Of a stretch of DNA of 64,000 nt, positions 13,991-26,280 are shown piece after piece. The DNA comes from Heterodontus francisci (taxonomy: Eukaryota), in contig NC_090387.1 of the NCBI RefSeq assembly GCF_036365525.1, forward strand, positions 76,135,300-76,199,299, written 5' to 3'. A model generated the notes under the pieces. That model had not been told where the DNA came from, made no database searches, and saw only the letters and a list, made by a program, of their open reading frames with translations. The number at the start of each line of letters is the position of its first letter. The stretch's first letter is position 1. The position numbers and the translations under genes are program-made.

Positions 13991-15030
13991 CCTGCTGTGT
14001 AAAACAATTTATCCTCCCCTTCCTTCTTGTTCTTTTGCCAATTATCTTAAATCTGGGTCCTCTGGTTTCAAATCATAGTTATCTGGTTATAGAGTCATGT
14101 GACTTTACAACGCAGGAATCCATTTGGCTCAGTGTGCTGGTGTCGGCTCTGAAAGAGCAATCCAGTTAGTCTCACTGACATATTTATACTCCCTTCAGCC
14201 CTTTAGGTATTCCCGTCAGATCAGTTAAGCTGCTTATTTCTGTTCTAATATATTCCATTCGTTTCCAAACATCATCTCCCGATGATCCGCCGTAACCTTA
14301 GAGGAAGAGCTGCAAGAATCGAAGAAAAATGAAATTCCCGAGGGTTTTCAGAGAATCCCCCATATAATGTTGAGAGGAACATGAGGCCACTTTGCGCAGG
14401 GGCATGGTAAATATATTCACAAGGGTTTCTTGTGGCTTTGTTTCCAGTGAAATCATAAGGTTGTTCCAAAAGACTTACTCGAGAATAAAGTTTCGTGTTA
14501 AGTTGTAGTGACCACAGTCGAAATTCCCTGTTTGCTATTTCCAGCAAAATTGTAGGAGTTTTGTGAAGAAATATTTGTCCAGCGACAAGTGAAATCTTCC
14601 ATCCCGAAACCAGCCCATAATTGGCAAATATTGGGGAAGGTTTTGACTTTGTTCCACAATGGAAACTGGTCGAGAGTCAGTCGATAGTCCCTCTTGAATA
14701 TCCCCTATTTTTATTCCCATTGAAGTTGGAACCAACTACTTGCTATCAATTGTTCTACATTATCTACACATTGCCTCTGAAAAGGGAAGGTTTCCTCCCT
14801 TGCACTATATAAGGAAATTGTAAATATTTAAAAAATAACTGATTACATTACTCAAAACATATGCAGAAAAGCTTCCCGTAAATCGACAATCTCAGCTCTC
14901 GAATGGCTTAATGCTGACACTGGATACACTGGGCCGGTGTCCCATTCCCGCACGCTTCTCTACCCCTTTGGTATTTTACTAAATACCTATTGCACAACTG
15001 ACACTTGTCACATCAGCACCAACAACTTAC

Positions 15031-15351
15031 CGGCCACAAGGAGCTGTGAGCCGGTTCCATTCCCAAACATTCCTCCCCGGCAGTACACGGAGCAGTAATA
15101 GCGGCCAGAATCTTTGAAGCTTACATTCCAGAGATGGATGGTGGCTCCTCCTTTTTTCAGAAGTTTATACTGTCTCTTGCTCGCTTCTCCGTCGTTTAAG
15201 AACTCGTCATCACCATGTCGCTACCACTGAACCTTTACAACTAATTCATCTTGAAAGACGGGGAATGTGCAGTGGAAGGTGATGTTGGCTCCTCTGAGCG
15301 CAACTTTGATTGGAGGGTTTTGCCCCACTGTGGATTCGCCAACAGAAAGCC
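15031..15351 (-). pseudogene. Gene B VJ-type exon with nonsense codon
   Basis: LSVGESTVGQNPPIKVALRGANITFHCTFPVFQDELVVKVQW*RHGDDEFLNDGEASKRQYKLLKKGGATIHLWNVSFKDSGRYYCSVYCRGGMFGNGTGSQLLVA, donor gtaagt. Shares RGANxxxxCTFP and the WW position (now W*) with gene A. Confidence 0.9.
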
Positions 15352-15759
15352 AATGGAAACATAAAATTAAACATCTCATTGTACTTATAAATAAAGATAG
15401 AAACAAGGTTTGAAAAGAATAATGAAATATAACAACGATAAACCGCGAATGGCGATAAGTTCACCGATCAAATAATATCGCGCTCCATATATTGTTCTGA
15501 ACTCTATCTTGTAAATACTGGTGTATGTAATCCCCAGGATCAGTATACCTGGAAGCATTTCGGACAATGGAAGTTGATTGAATGCAAGTAAATAAGGGAC
15601 CTCCGATAGTTTGGAGTGAGTGGGTTTACAGCGGACCATCGAGAAATTTGTAAGAGGTTGGTAACGTCACCTGTACAGCAGTGGTTTTAATAAACATGTG
15701 TATTTCCTTTAATAAAGACGCCTTGAATGACAACGGCGGTGTCAATCGTGGTTCCGAAC

Positions 15760-16273
15760 CCTAAATCAGCTATGTGGTCAGCTACAAAAACAAGAAATGC
15801 TGGAATCACTCAGCAGGTCTGGCAGCATCTGTGGAAAGAGAAGCAGAGTTAATGTTTCGGGTCAGTGACCCTTCTTTGGAAGGGTCCGAAGAAGGGTCAC
15901 TGACCCGAAACGTTAACTCTGCTTCTCTTTCCACAGATGCTGCCAGACCTGCTGAGTGATTCCAGCATTTCTTGTTTTTGTTTCAGATTTCCAGCATCCG
16001 CAGCATTTTGCTTTTATTATGTGGTCAGCTATGTGGCCTTGTCCAATCTACACCTTCTCCTTTGTTATCTCTTGCCCCACCTCCACCTCACTTGCTTATA
16101 ACCTGTGACATTTTTAATATTTGTCAGTTCCGAAGAAGGGTCACTGTCCCGAAACGTTAACTCTGCTTCTCTTTCCACAGATGCTGCCAGACCTGCTGAG
16201 TGGTTCCAGCATTTCTTGTTTTTATTTCAGATTTCCAGCATCCGCAGTATTTTGCTTTTATATTACCTAAATC
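15760..16273. mobile_element. Nested, palindromic Penelope-like termini with hammerhead variants, upstream of gene B
   Basis: 96-bp inverted arms 15785-15880 / 15885-15980; inner TSD tatgtggtcagcta (15771-15784, 16018-16031); outer repeat cctaaatc (15760-15767, 16266-16273). Confidence 0.75.
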
Positions 16274-16439
16274 CTAATCTCTAGCCACGAACCCTAACAT
16301 TAGGCTCGATCAATCTACCCCCTCACCGTAAACTATGATGCGAGCTCTGTCCTTAAATATAGACCGTGCGGTGTCAATGGCGCCGTGCATGGCCGGGTTC
16401 TCGTCATGAATACAGGTTGGCTGAGGTCAACGGTAATTG

Positions 16440-16447
16440 TGACGTCA
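16440..16447. promoter_or_regulatory. Full CRE palindrome TGACGTCA in a CpG-rich patch ~800 bp upstream of the gene B leader
   Basis: Exact motif; function not shown. Confidence 0.3.
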
Positions 16448-16606
16448 TTATCAACAAAGTCTGCTGCTTTATGGACAGTTAATTCTTAACCGGATGTTGG
16501 TAGAGGTCTGCGCAGGCATAGCATTTGGAGATATCGTATACGAGTACTTTGAGACATAACATGTGGCGACTGTAGCATGATTGGGAGAAATAGGTGACTT
16601 TGGAAT

Positions 16607-18040
16607 TATAGAATCATAGAGTCGTAGAGTCATACAGCACAGAAACAGGCACTTCGGCCCATCGTGTCTGTGCCGGCCATCAAACACCTACCTATTCTAT
16701 TCCCATTTTCCAGCACTTGGCCCGTAGCCTTGTATGCTATTGCAATTCAAGTGCTCATCTAAATCCTTATTAAATGTTGTGATGGTTTCTCCCTCTAACG
16801 CCTCTTCAGGCAGTGTGTTCCAGATTCCAACCACCCTCTGGGTGAATTTCTTTCCACAAAGCCCCTCCAAACCTCCTGCCCTTAGCTACAATCTATTTAA
16901 GGTTATTGACCGCTCAGTAAAGGGAAAAAGTTTCTTCCTATCTAATTTATTTATGCCCCTCATAATTTTGTATACCTCAATCAAGGACCCCATCAGCCTT
17001 CTCTGCTCTAAGGAAAACAACACTAGCCTTTTCACTCTCACTTCATAGCTCAAACGCCCCAGCCCAGGCAACATCCTGGTGAATCTCCTCTGCACCCTCT
17101 CCAGTGCAATCACATCCTTCCTATAGTGTGGTGACCAGAGCTGTCCACAGTACTTCAGCTGTGGCCTAACTAGCATTTTATACAGCTCTAACATAACCTC
17201 CCTGCTCTTATAGTCTATGCCTCGGCTAATAAAGGCAAGTGTCCCATATGCCTTCCTGACCACCTTATCTACCTGTGCTGCTGCCTTCAGTGATCTATGG
17301 CCAAGTACACCAAGGTCCCTCTGACCTTCTGTACTTCATAGGGTCCTACCATCCATTGTATATTCCCTTGCCTTGTTAGTCCTCCCAAAATGCATCACCT
17401 CACACTTCTCAGGATTAAATTCCATCTGTCACTGTTCCACCCATTTTACCAGCCCATCTATATCGTCCTGTAATCCAATTTTCGTGTCATCTGCGAACTT
17501 ACTGATCATACCTCCCATATTCACGTCTAAATCATTAATGTACCCTACAAACAGCAAGGGTCGCAACACTGGTCCCTGCGGTACACCACTGGTCACAGGT
17601 GCCCACTCGCAAAAACAACCCTCGACCATCACCCTCTGCCTCCTGTCACTAAGCCAATTTTGGACCCAATTTGTCAAATTGCCCTGGATCCCATGGGCTC
17701 TTGCCTTCTTAACCAATCTCCCATGTGGGACCTTATCAAAAGCCTTATTGAAGTCCATGTAGACTACATCAACTGCTTTACCCTCATCTACAAATCTAGT
17801 CACCTCCTCGAAAAATTCAATCAAGTTAGTTAGATACGGTCTCTCCCTGACAAAGCCATGCTGACTATTCCTGATTAACCCCTGCCTCTCCAAGTGGAGA
17901 TTAATCCTGTCCCTCAGAATTTTTTTCAATAGTTTCCCAACCACTGATGTTAGACTCACCAGCCTGTAATTACCTGGTTTATCCTTGCTACCCTGGTACC
18001 ACATTCGATGCCCTCCAGTCCTCTGGTACCTCTCTTATGG
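16607..18040 (-). mobile_element. CR1 LINE, same subfamily as 3384-5779
   Basis: ORFs 16886-17263 and 17429-18004 encode RT; tail (atagagtc)n. Confidence 0.9.
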
Positions 18041-18759
18041 TTCCAAAAATTCTTCTCCACTGGAGTTTTCCTCCCGTCATTTCTGGGTCTGCTGTAGACT
18101 AATTAATGGAGATTGATTGCTCTGATTAGTCAACAACATCATTATGGTGTGACCACCAGGATGGTAGAATGGGAACTAGATGGATGTTTTTTATTTATCT
18201 GAAAGTCCTATGCTCCTATGTGAAGTGCTGTCTAGTGACATAGAGTCCAGATCAAACAGGCCTGTTGGCTCTGTGCCACTGTTAGCAGGTTCTTGTTTCA
18301 TATTGGTACTTGAAACCTAGCTGCTCCACTTGTCTCACCATTGATTAATACTACTTCTAAATGCATACTGACAATGATAGGTCCTCAGTTCAGACCTTCA
18401 AACTCTGGTTAAGATGCTGTTATGATTTACTTTCAGTGGAGCCACAAGAATAGTTTAACTAAAAAAGATAGAGTTTAAATTAAATATTAAACTGTTATCA
18501 GGAGGGCACGGGGGAATTGCAATGCTGTAGTAAATTGTATATTTATTGTTGATACGTGGGTACTTTTAATTGCAGGATGAAATTCTCTTTGCCTGGTGAA
18601 AGTAATTTTTGCCGGTTTCATTCAGAAATGTTGCAGGGCTGGCTCTGGTGGGAAATAGGAATGTTACCTCGAAAGGATGTTCCACTATGTTTAGAACTGT
18701 GACACTTTGATGGGTCAGATTTGACGAAGCTTTACTTTGCATCTAACTGGTGCCTATGT

Positions 18760-19190
18760 AGGTCAGCTGTGGCTCAGTAGGTCGCACTTTTATCTCTGAA
18801 TCTCTGCAGTGTTGGGTTCTGGTCCCGCTTAAGTGCAAAAATCAAGGCTGATATCTCGGTGCAGTACCTTGGAAACACCGCATTGCTGGTGGGTCTTTGG
18901 GTTGAGAGATTAAACTGAAGTCTCGTGCTCAGATGGATACAAAAAAGGTCCCATAACACTGTTTCAAAGAGGAGCAATGTTGCTAGTGTTGTGGTCAACG
19001 TTTACCCTTCAATCAACAGCACAAAAACCGATTATCCCATCATTATTATATTGCTGTTTGTGGGAGTTTGCCACGTGTGTACAGACTACTGTAAATCCGA
19101 TGACTGCACTTAAAAAAATATTTTATTGCTGTAACGTTCTTTGAGATGCCCTGTGGTCATGAAAGATGCTATATAAATGTAAGTTTTTTT
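18760..19190 (+). mobile_element. Deu-SINE (SacSINE1-like)
   Basis: gtggctcagtaggt head; same body and gctatataaatgtaag tail. Confidence 0.7.
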
Positions 19191-20480
19191 TCTCTTTTGC
19201 ATGACCTACTCGTAGTTATGAGGCATTTTACAGGGTGCGTCTTTGCTTGAGTTTTGTATCTGAGTTGAGAATGTTCAGAACCCCATGATGAAAAGTTATC
19301 AACCTGAAACGTTAACTCTACATCTCTCTCCAAAGATGCTGCCTGACCGGCTGAGTATTTCCAGCACTTTCTGCTTTTAATCCTTAATGCTTATCTCTTT
19401 GACCAAATTTTCGGTCACCTGTCCTATTATCTCCTATGTGGCTCGGTGTCACATTTACTTGATAACACTCCTGTGATGTGCCTTGGGCTGTTTTATTATG
19501 TTAAAGTCACTCTATAAATACAAGTTGTTTTTGTCAATATGCATCAAATGCACTTCAATTAGTCATGTTAGTAAACCAACTGCCACTTCTAAGCAGCTGA
19601 TTGTTTTACTATTGGAACTTTGTTGGATAATTCGCATAACCAGGCTAATTCCAAGTTTCCATGATGACATAAAGCAGGCGATATTGGATTTGCAGTGTAT
19701 TATAAACTCCATTGACGCCATTGGAATAGAAAACCGGGTGAGATATATAATGGATGACTATTGTGATATTGCCATTTTACATCATTGCTGAAAGTTAAAT
19801 TTACTGCAAATTAGTGTTGCCTTCTAGTTAGTTCATCGGTCACTGTACGCAACAACCAATTCGCCAATAGCTATAACAATCATGTTGCCATGGATGATGT
19901 CACAAAGCTGCTTTGTGATCAGAGTGATAATTTTTAACAATTTTAAGATTAATTCTTTAATAATTTGAATTAGCTTCCTGTGTCATTGCAAATTGTAGTA
20001 CGGATTCTGGGACACATTCGTAATGTTTATCTGGTAGTCTGATAGCTCCTCAAGTCCACTGCTCAGGTACTCCATTGAAGAGGTTTAAATAGGTTCTGAG
20101 GTCAATCTGAGTTTAACTGCTGTTTGATGAGAAGAGATTGCACATTGTCAATCATTTGTAAGTTTCTAGCTTCAGGTCGAAAGCACAGCATAGAGTAAAA
20201 TTCTGCTTTGGGGCAGGTGCAAAATGGGTGATAGTAGATCAATTGCCTGCTACACACCCTGCTCAAACATCAGGTGGAATGTGAAATATGTGGATGGATG
20301 ATCAGCTGCCGCTTCTTTTGCACATAGCTGAAATTTACTTTCATAATTTTTCCATGTCATTCTTTAACTATTTTGTATAACTTTAACACTTTTATGTCTT
20401 TTGCGTGATGGATCCTCTCAATACTTCAACATTTGTCAGAGTACAAGGAATGTCAGCATCCTTAAAAGATTTTACTGTTG

Positions 20481-22869
20481 GTCAACATAATTTCTTTCTT
20501 TTGGGCCTCCTTATCTCGAGAGACAATGGATACGCGCCTGGAGGTGGTCAGTGGTTTGTGAAGCAGCGCCTGGAGTGGCTATAAAGGCCAATTCTGGAGT
20601 GACAGGCTCTTCCACAGGTGCTGCAGAGAAATTTGTTTGTTGGGGCTGTTGCACAGTTGGCTCTCCCCTTGCGCCTCTGTCTTTTTTCCTGCCAACTACT
20701 AAGTCTCTTCGACTCGCCACAATTTAGCCCTGTCTTTATGGCTGCCCGCCAGCTCTGGCGAATGCTGGCAACTGACTCCCACGACTTGTGATCAATGTCA
20801 CACGATTTCATGTCGCGTTTGCAGACGTCTTTATAACGGAGACATGGACGGCCGGTGGGTCTGATACCAGTGGCGAGCTCGCTGTACAATGTGTCTTTGG
20901 GGATCCTGCCATCTTCCATGCGGCTCACATGGCCAAGCCATCTCAAGCGCCGCTGACTCAGTAGTGTGTATAAGCTGGGGATGTTGGCCGCTTCAAGGAC
21001 TTCTGTGTTGGAGATATAGTCCTGCCACCTGATGCCAAGTATTCTCCGAAGGCAGCGAAGATGGAATGAATTGAGACGTCGCTCTTGGCTGGCATACGTT
21101 GTCCAGGCCTCGCTGCCGTAGAGCAAGGTACTGAGGACACAGGCCTGATACACTCGGACTTTTGTGTTCCGTGTCAGTGCGCCATTTTCCCACACTCTCT
21201 TGGCCAGTCTGAACATAGCAGTGGAAGCCTTACCCATGCGCTTGTTGATTTCTGCATCTAGAGACAGGTTACTGGTGATAGTTGAGCCTAGGTAGGTGAA
21301 CTCTTGAACCACTTCCAGAGCGTGGTCGCCAATATTGATGGATGGAGCATTTCTGACATCCTGCCCCATGATGTTCGTCTTCTTGAGGCTGATGGTTAGG
21401 CCAAATTCATTGCAGGCAGACGCAAACCTGTCGATGAGACTCTGCAGGCATTCTTCAGTGTGAGATGTTAAAGCAGCATCGTCAGCAAAGAGGAGTTCTC
21501 TGATGAGGACTTTCCGTACTTTGGACTTCGCTCTTAGACGGGCAAGGTTGAACAACCTGCCCCCTGATCTTGTGTGGAGGAAAATTCCTTCTTCAGAGGA
21601 TTTGAACGCATGTGAAAGCAGCAGGGAGAAGAAAATCCCAAAAAGTGTGGGTGCGAGAACACAGCCCTGTTTCACACCACTCAGGATAGGAAAGGGCTCT
21701 GATGAGGAGCCACCATGTTGAATTGTGCCTTTCATATTGTCATGGAATGAGGTGATGATACTTAGTAGCTTTGGTGGACATCCGATCTTTTCTAGTAGTC
21801 TGAAGAGACCACGTCTGCTGACGAGGTCAAAGGCTTTGGTGAGATCAATGAAAGCAATGTAGAGGGGCATCTGTTGTTCACGGCATTTCTCCTGTATCTG
21901 ACGAAGGGAGAACAGCATGTCAATAGTCGATCCGCGCATCAACACGAGCAGAATTTCTCACCCACAGCTGTTACAAAAATTTCTAAATTCACTTGTAACA
22001 GCCCTTCAAAACACTCCCACAGGGGATGCTGAGACCAAGTGGGCCCACATCAGAGACGCCATCTATGAGTCAGCTTTGACCACCTACGGCAAAAGTGCGA
22101 AGAGAAATGCAGACTGGTTTCAATCTCATAATGAAGAGCTGGAACCTGTCATAGCCGCTAAGCGCATTGCACTTTTGAACTACAAGAAAGCCCCCAGCGA
22201 TTTAACATCCGCAGCACTTAAAGCAGCCAGAAGTACTGCACAAAGAACAGCTAGGCGTTGCGCAAACGACTACTGGCAACACCTATGCAGTCATATTCAG
22301 CTGGCCTCAGACACCGGAAACATCAGAGGAATGTATGATGGCATGAAGAGAGCTCTTGGGCCAACCATCAAGAAGATCACCCCCCTCAAATCTAAATCGG
22401 GGGACATAATCACTGACCAACGCAAACAGATGGACCGCTGGGTTGAGCACTACCTAGAACTGTACTCCAGGGAGAATGCTGTCACTGAGACTGCCCTCAA
22501 TGCAGCCCAGCCTCTACCAGTCATGGATGAGCTGGACATACAGCCAACCAAATCGGAACTCAGTGATGCCATTGATTCCCTAGCCAGCGGAAAAGCCCCT
22601 GGGAAGGACAGCATTACCCCTGAAATAATCAAGAGTGCCAAGCCTGCTATACTCTCAGCACTACATGAACTGCTATGCCTGTGCTGGGACGAGGGAGCAG
22701 TACCCCAGGACATGCGCGATGCCAACATCATCACCCTCTATAAAAACAAAGGTGACCGCGGTGACTGCAACAACTACCGTGGAATCTCCCTGCTCAGCAT
22801 AGTGGGGAAAGTCTTTGCTCGAGTCGCTCTGAACAGGCTCCAGAAGCTGGCCGAGCGCGTCAACATAAT
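20481..22869 (-). mobile_element. Young RTE-clade LINE, 5'-truncated with 5' inversion
   Basis: 20492-~21931 minus: open RT/C-terminal ORF (GVKQGCVLAP, LLFADD, C-terminal CSTCGRACHSRIGLYSH) with (AAAG)n tail. ~21932-22860 plus: the open upstream part of the same ORF (..NYRGISLLSIVGKVFARVALNRLQKLAERV). TSD gtcaacataat at 20481-20491 and 22859-22869. Confidence 0.92.
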
Positions 22870-23249
22870 AAGAACATTAGATATAGGAACAGAAGTAGGC
22901 CATAGAGCCCCTCGAACCTGCCCTGCGATTCAACAATATAACGGCTGATCTTCTACATCAATTGCACTTTCCTGCCCTATCCCTTTGATTTCCTTTGTGC
23001 CCCAAAATCCATCAACCTCAGTCTTGAATATGCTTAATGACTGAGCATCCACAGGCCTCTGGAGTAGAGGATTCCAAACATTCACAACCCTTTGAGTGAA
23101 GAAATTTCTCCTCCCATTCCTAAATAACTGACCCCTTCTCCTGAGACAATGACCTCACGTTCTAGATTCTACAGTCAGGAGAAACAGCCTCTCAGCATCT
23201 ATCCTGTCACTTCACTCACTATAAAAATGTTACTAGTTTCAATGAGTAC

Positions 23250-24720
23250 ACCTTTAGATTGGAAAATAACGAATGTAACTCCTTTATCAAAATGGGACGG
23301 AGACAGAAAGCAGGAACCTACAGACCGGTTAGCTTCACATCTGTCTTAGGGAAAATGTTAGAAGCTATTATTAAAGACGTTATAGCAGGGCATTTAGAAA
23401 AATTCAAGGTAATCAGGCAGAGTCAACATGGTTTTGTGAAAGGGAAATCATGTTTAACCAATTTTTGGAGTTCTTTGAGGGAGTTACATGTGCTGTGGAT
23501 AAAGGGGAAGCAGTGGATGTATTGTACTTAGATTTAAGAAGGCATTTGATAAGGTGCCACATCATAGGTTATTGCAGAAAATAAAAGCTGATGGTGTAGC
23601 GGGTAACATACTGGCATGGATAGAAGATTGGTTAGCTAACAGGAAACAGAGAGTAGGCATAAATGGGTCATTTTCTGGTTGGCATGATGTAACGAGTGGT
23701 GTGCCACAGGGATCTGTGCTGGGGCCTCAACTTTTTACAATTTATATAAATGACTTAGATGAAAGGACCAAAAGTATGGTTGCTAAATTTGCTGATGACA
23801 CAAAGATAGGTAGGATAGTAACTTGTGAAGAGGATAGAAGGATACTACAAAGTGATATAGATAGGTTAAGTGAGTCGGCAAAGACCTGACAAATGGGGTA
23901 TTATGTGGAAAAATGTGAAATTGTCCACTTTGGCAGGAAGAATAAAAAAGAAGCTTCTTATCTAAATGGTGAGAGATTGCAGAGCTCTGAGATGCAGAGG
24001 GATCTGGGTGTCCTAGTGCATGAATCGCAAAAGGTTAGCATGCAGGTACAGCACAAAATTAGGAAAGCTAATAGAATGTTATCGTTTATCGTGAGGGGTA
24101 TTAAATACAAAAGTAGGGAGGTTATACTTCAGCTATAGAGGGCATTGGTGAGACCACATTTGGAGTACTGTGTACAGTACTGGGCTCCTTATGTAAGGAA
24201 GGATGTCAATGCGTTGGTGGCAGTACAGAGAAGGTTTACTAGACTAATACCGGGAATGGATGGCCTATCTTATAAGGAAAGATATAGACAGGCTAGGCTT
24301 GTATCCACTGGAATTTAGAAGAGTAAGAGGCGACTTGATTGAAACATTTAAGAAGCTGAGGAATCTTGACAAGGTGGATGTGGAAAGGATGTATCCCCTT
24401 GTGGTAGAATCTCGAACTATGGGTCACTGTTTAAAAATAAGGGGTCGCCCATTTAAGACAGAGATGAGGAGAATTTATTTTCTCTCAGAGGATCTTGAGT
24501 CGTTGGAATTCTCTTCCTCAAAAGGCAGTGGTAGAAGACTCTTTGGATATTTTTGAGGCAGAGGTAGATAGATTCTTGATGAGCAAGGGAATGGAAGGAT
24601 ATCGGGGTTAGGTGGAAATGCAGAATAACCAGTTCAGCCATGAACTAATTGAATGGCGGAGCAGGCTCGAGGGGTCGAGTGACCTTCTCCTGCTCCTAAT
24701 TCGTATGTTCGTATATATGT
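23250..24720 (+). mobile_element. CR1 LINE nested in an older minus-strand CR1 (22870-25250)
   Basis: RT fragments including FADDTK; same subfamily as 12307-13778. Confidence 0.9.
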
Positions 24721-25652
24721 TCACATCTTATTCTCCTCATAGGACAGCCCTCTCATCTCAGGAATCAATCTAGTAAACCTTCATTGCACTCCCTCTAAGA
24801 CAAGTATATTCTTCCTTAGGTAAAGAGAGCAAACCTGGACACAGTACTCCAGATGTGATCTCACCAAAGCCCAATATAATTGCAGCAAAGCATCCTACGC
24901 TTGTACTCCAATTCCTTTGCAATAAAGGCTAGCATACAATTTGCTTTCCAAATTACTTGTAATATCTGCATCTTAACTTTCTGTGATTCATGAACAAACG
25001 CATCGAAATCCCCTTGAATATTAACATTTACTAGTTTCTCACCTTTTAAAAAATATTCTTCTTTTCTATTCTTCGTACCAAAGTCGATACTCCATCTGCC
25101 ATGTTCTTGCCCAATCAGTTAATTGGTTTATATCCTTTTGCAGCCTCTTTGTATCGTCCTCACAGCTTACTGTCCCACCTAGCTTTTTATCATAAAGAAG
25201 ATTAGATATATTACACATAGTACCCTCATCTAAGTAACTAATATAGATTGTGGGATGTTATTTCCGCATATGATGATAAGATGCTTGTGTGAAAATTCCC
25301 TGGCTGCTATTTTAATTCTTGGTGTTAACCTTCCATTTTAATACAGTGTAGTGCAATTTCACCCGTTAAGTGTTGAGCAGAATTATTTTCCTGAGAACAA
25401 TTCTGTTATTCCCGCTATCAATAAAATAGTGCTTGACATCTTGAAGAGATGTTTGGTACAAACCAGACTGAGATGACTGATTAGTATAACAGTATGCTGA
25501 CTTAGTTTTGGCTTTGAAAGTGTATTTTTATCCAATAGTGATGGAGGGTATTAGTTGAAGTATGCCCTTGCACAATCAATGGATAATATAGCTGAACACT
25601 CCTGAATTAGTCTCTGTGGGGAACCTTTTACGGAGAGAAATAGCTTGCCTAA

Positions 25653-25781
<129 letters not shown>

Positions 25782-25869
25782 TGAGACGGACCACTATGTG
25801 TGTGTGCCTGGACATGTGATTGCATTCACACAAGCTCTGGAGTAGTTTAGCTAAAGGTACTCTTAAGAT

Positions 25870-26280
25870 GAAGACTGCATTGAAAAGGAAGAGCTTGCAT
25901 TAATGTCATACTATTCACTTTCTTTGGACTTCTGAAAGCGCTTCACAGCAAATTCATACTTTGTAACGTGAGCAAGCGCAACAGTCAATTTGTGCACAGC
26001 AAGGTTCGATGAGCCACAATGAGATAAATGTGTTTGTGTCATTGGTTGAGAGATAAATATTGGCCATGACACTAGAAGTTCCTTGCTATTCATCAATTAA
26101 TACCATGCGATCTTTTGAGCAGACAGACAGTGCCTCGGTCAATGTCTTATCTGAAAGACTGCATTTCTGACAGTGCGGTGCTACCTCAGTATTGCATTAA
26201 AGTCAGCCCAGGTTATATGCGCAAGTTACTTGGAAAAGAGCTTGAACTGCTTGACTGAGGCATGAGTGCTGCCATAGCTG
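25870..26280 (-). mobile_element. Deu-SINE remnant in the NUDT21-derived intron
   Basis: Reverse-complement similarity to 10448-10860. Confidence 0.6.

Larger units (their letters stand above)
11283..15639 (-). pseudogene. Gene B: V-C1-TM IgSF receptor pseudogene, paralogous to gene A, activating type (Arg at start of TM)
   Basis: Exon remnants: leader ~15549-15639, V 15031-15351, C1 11700-11997, TM 11283-11397. Lesions: in-frame TAG in V (15221-15223), +1 frameshift in C1 near 11941, and no acceptor AG at any of the three internal exons. Confidence 0.85.

Noticed and set aside
15326-15332. RSS heptamer CACAGTG (minus) in the gene B V exon
   Set aside because: It lies at the 5' end of the V coding region with no nonamer at 12 or 23 bp.
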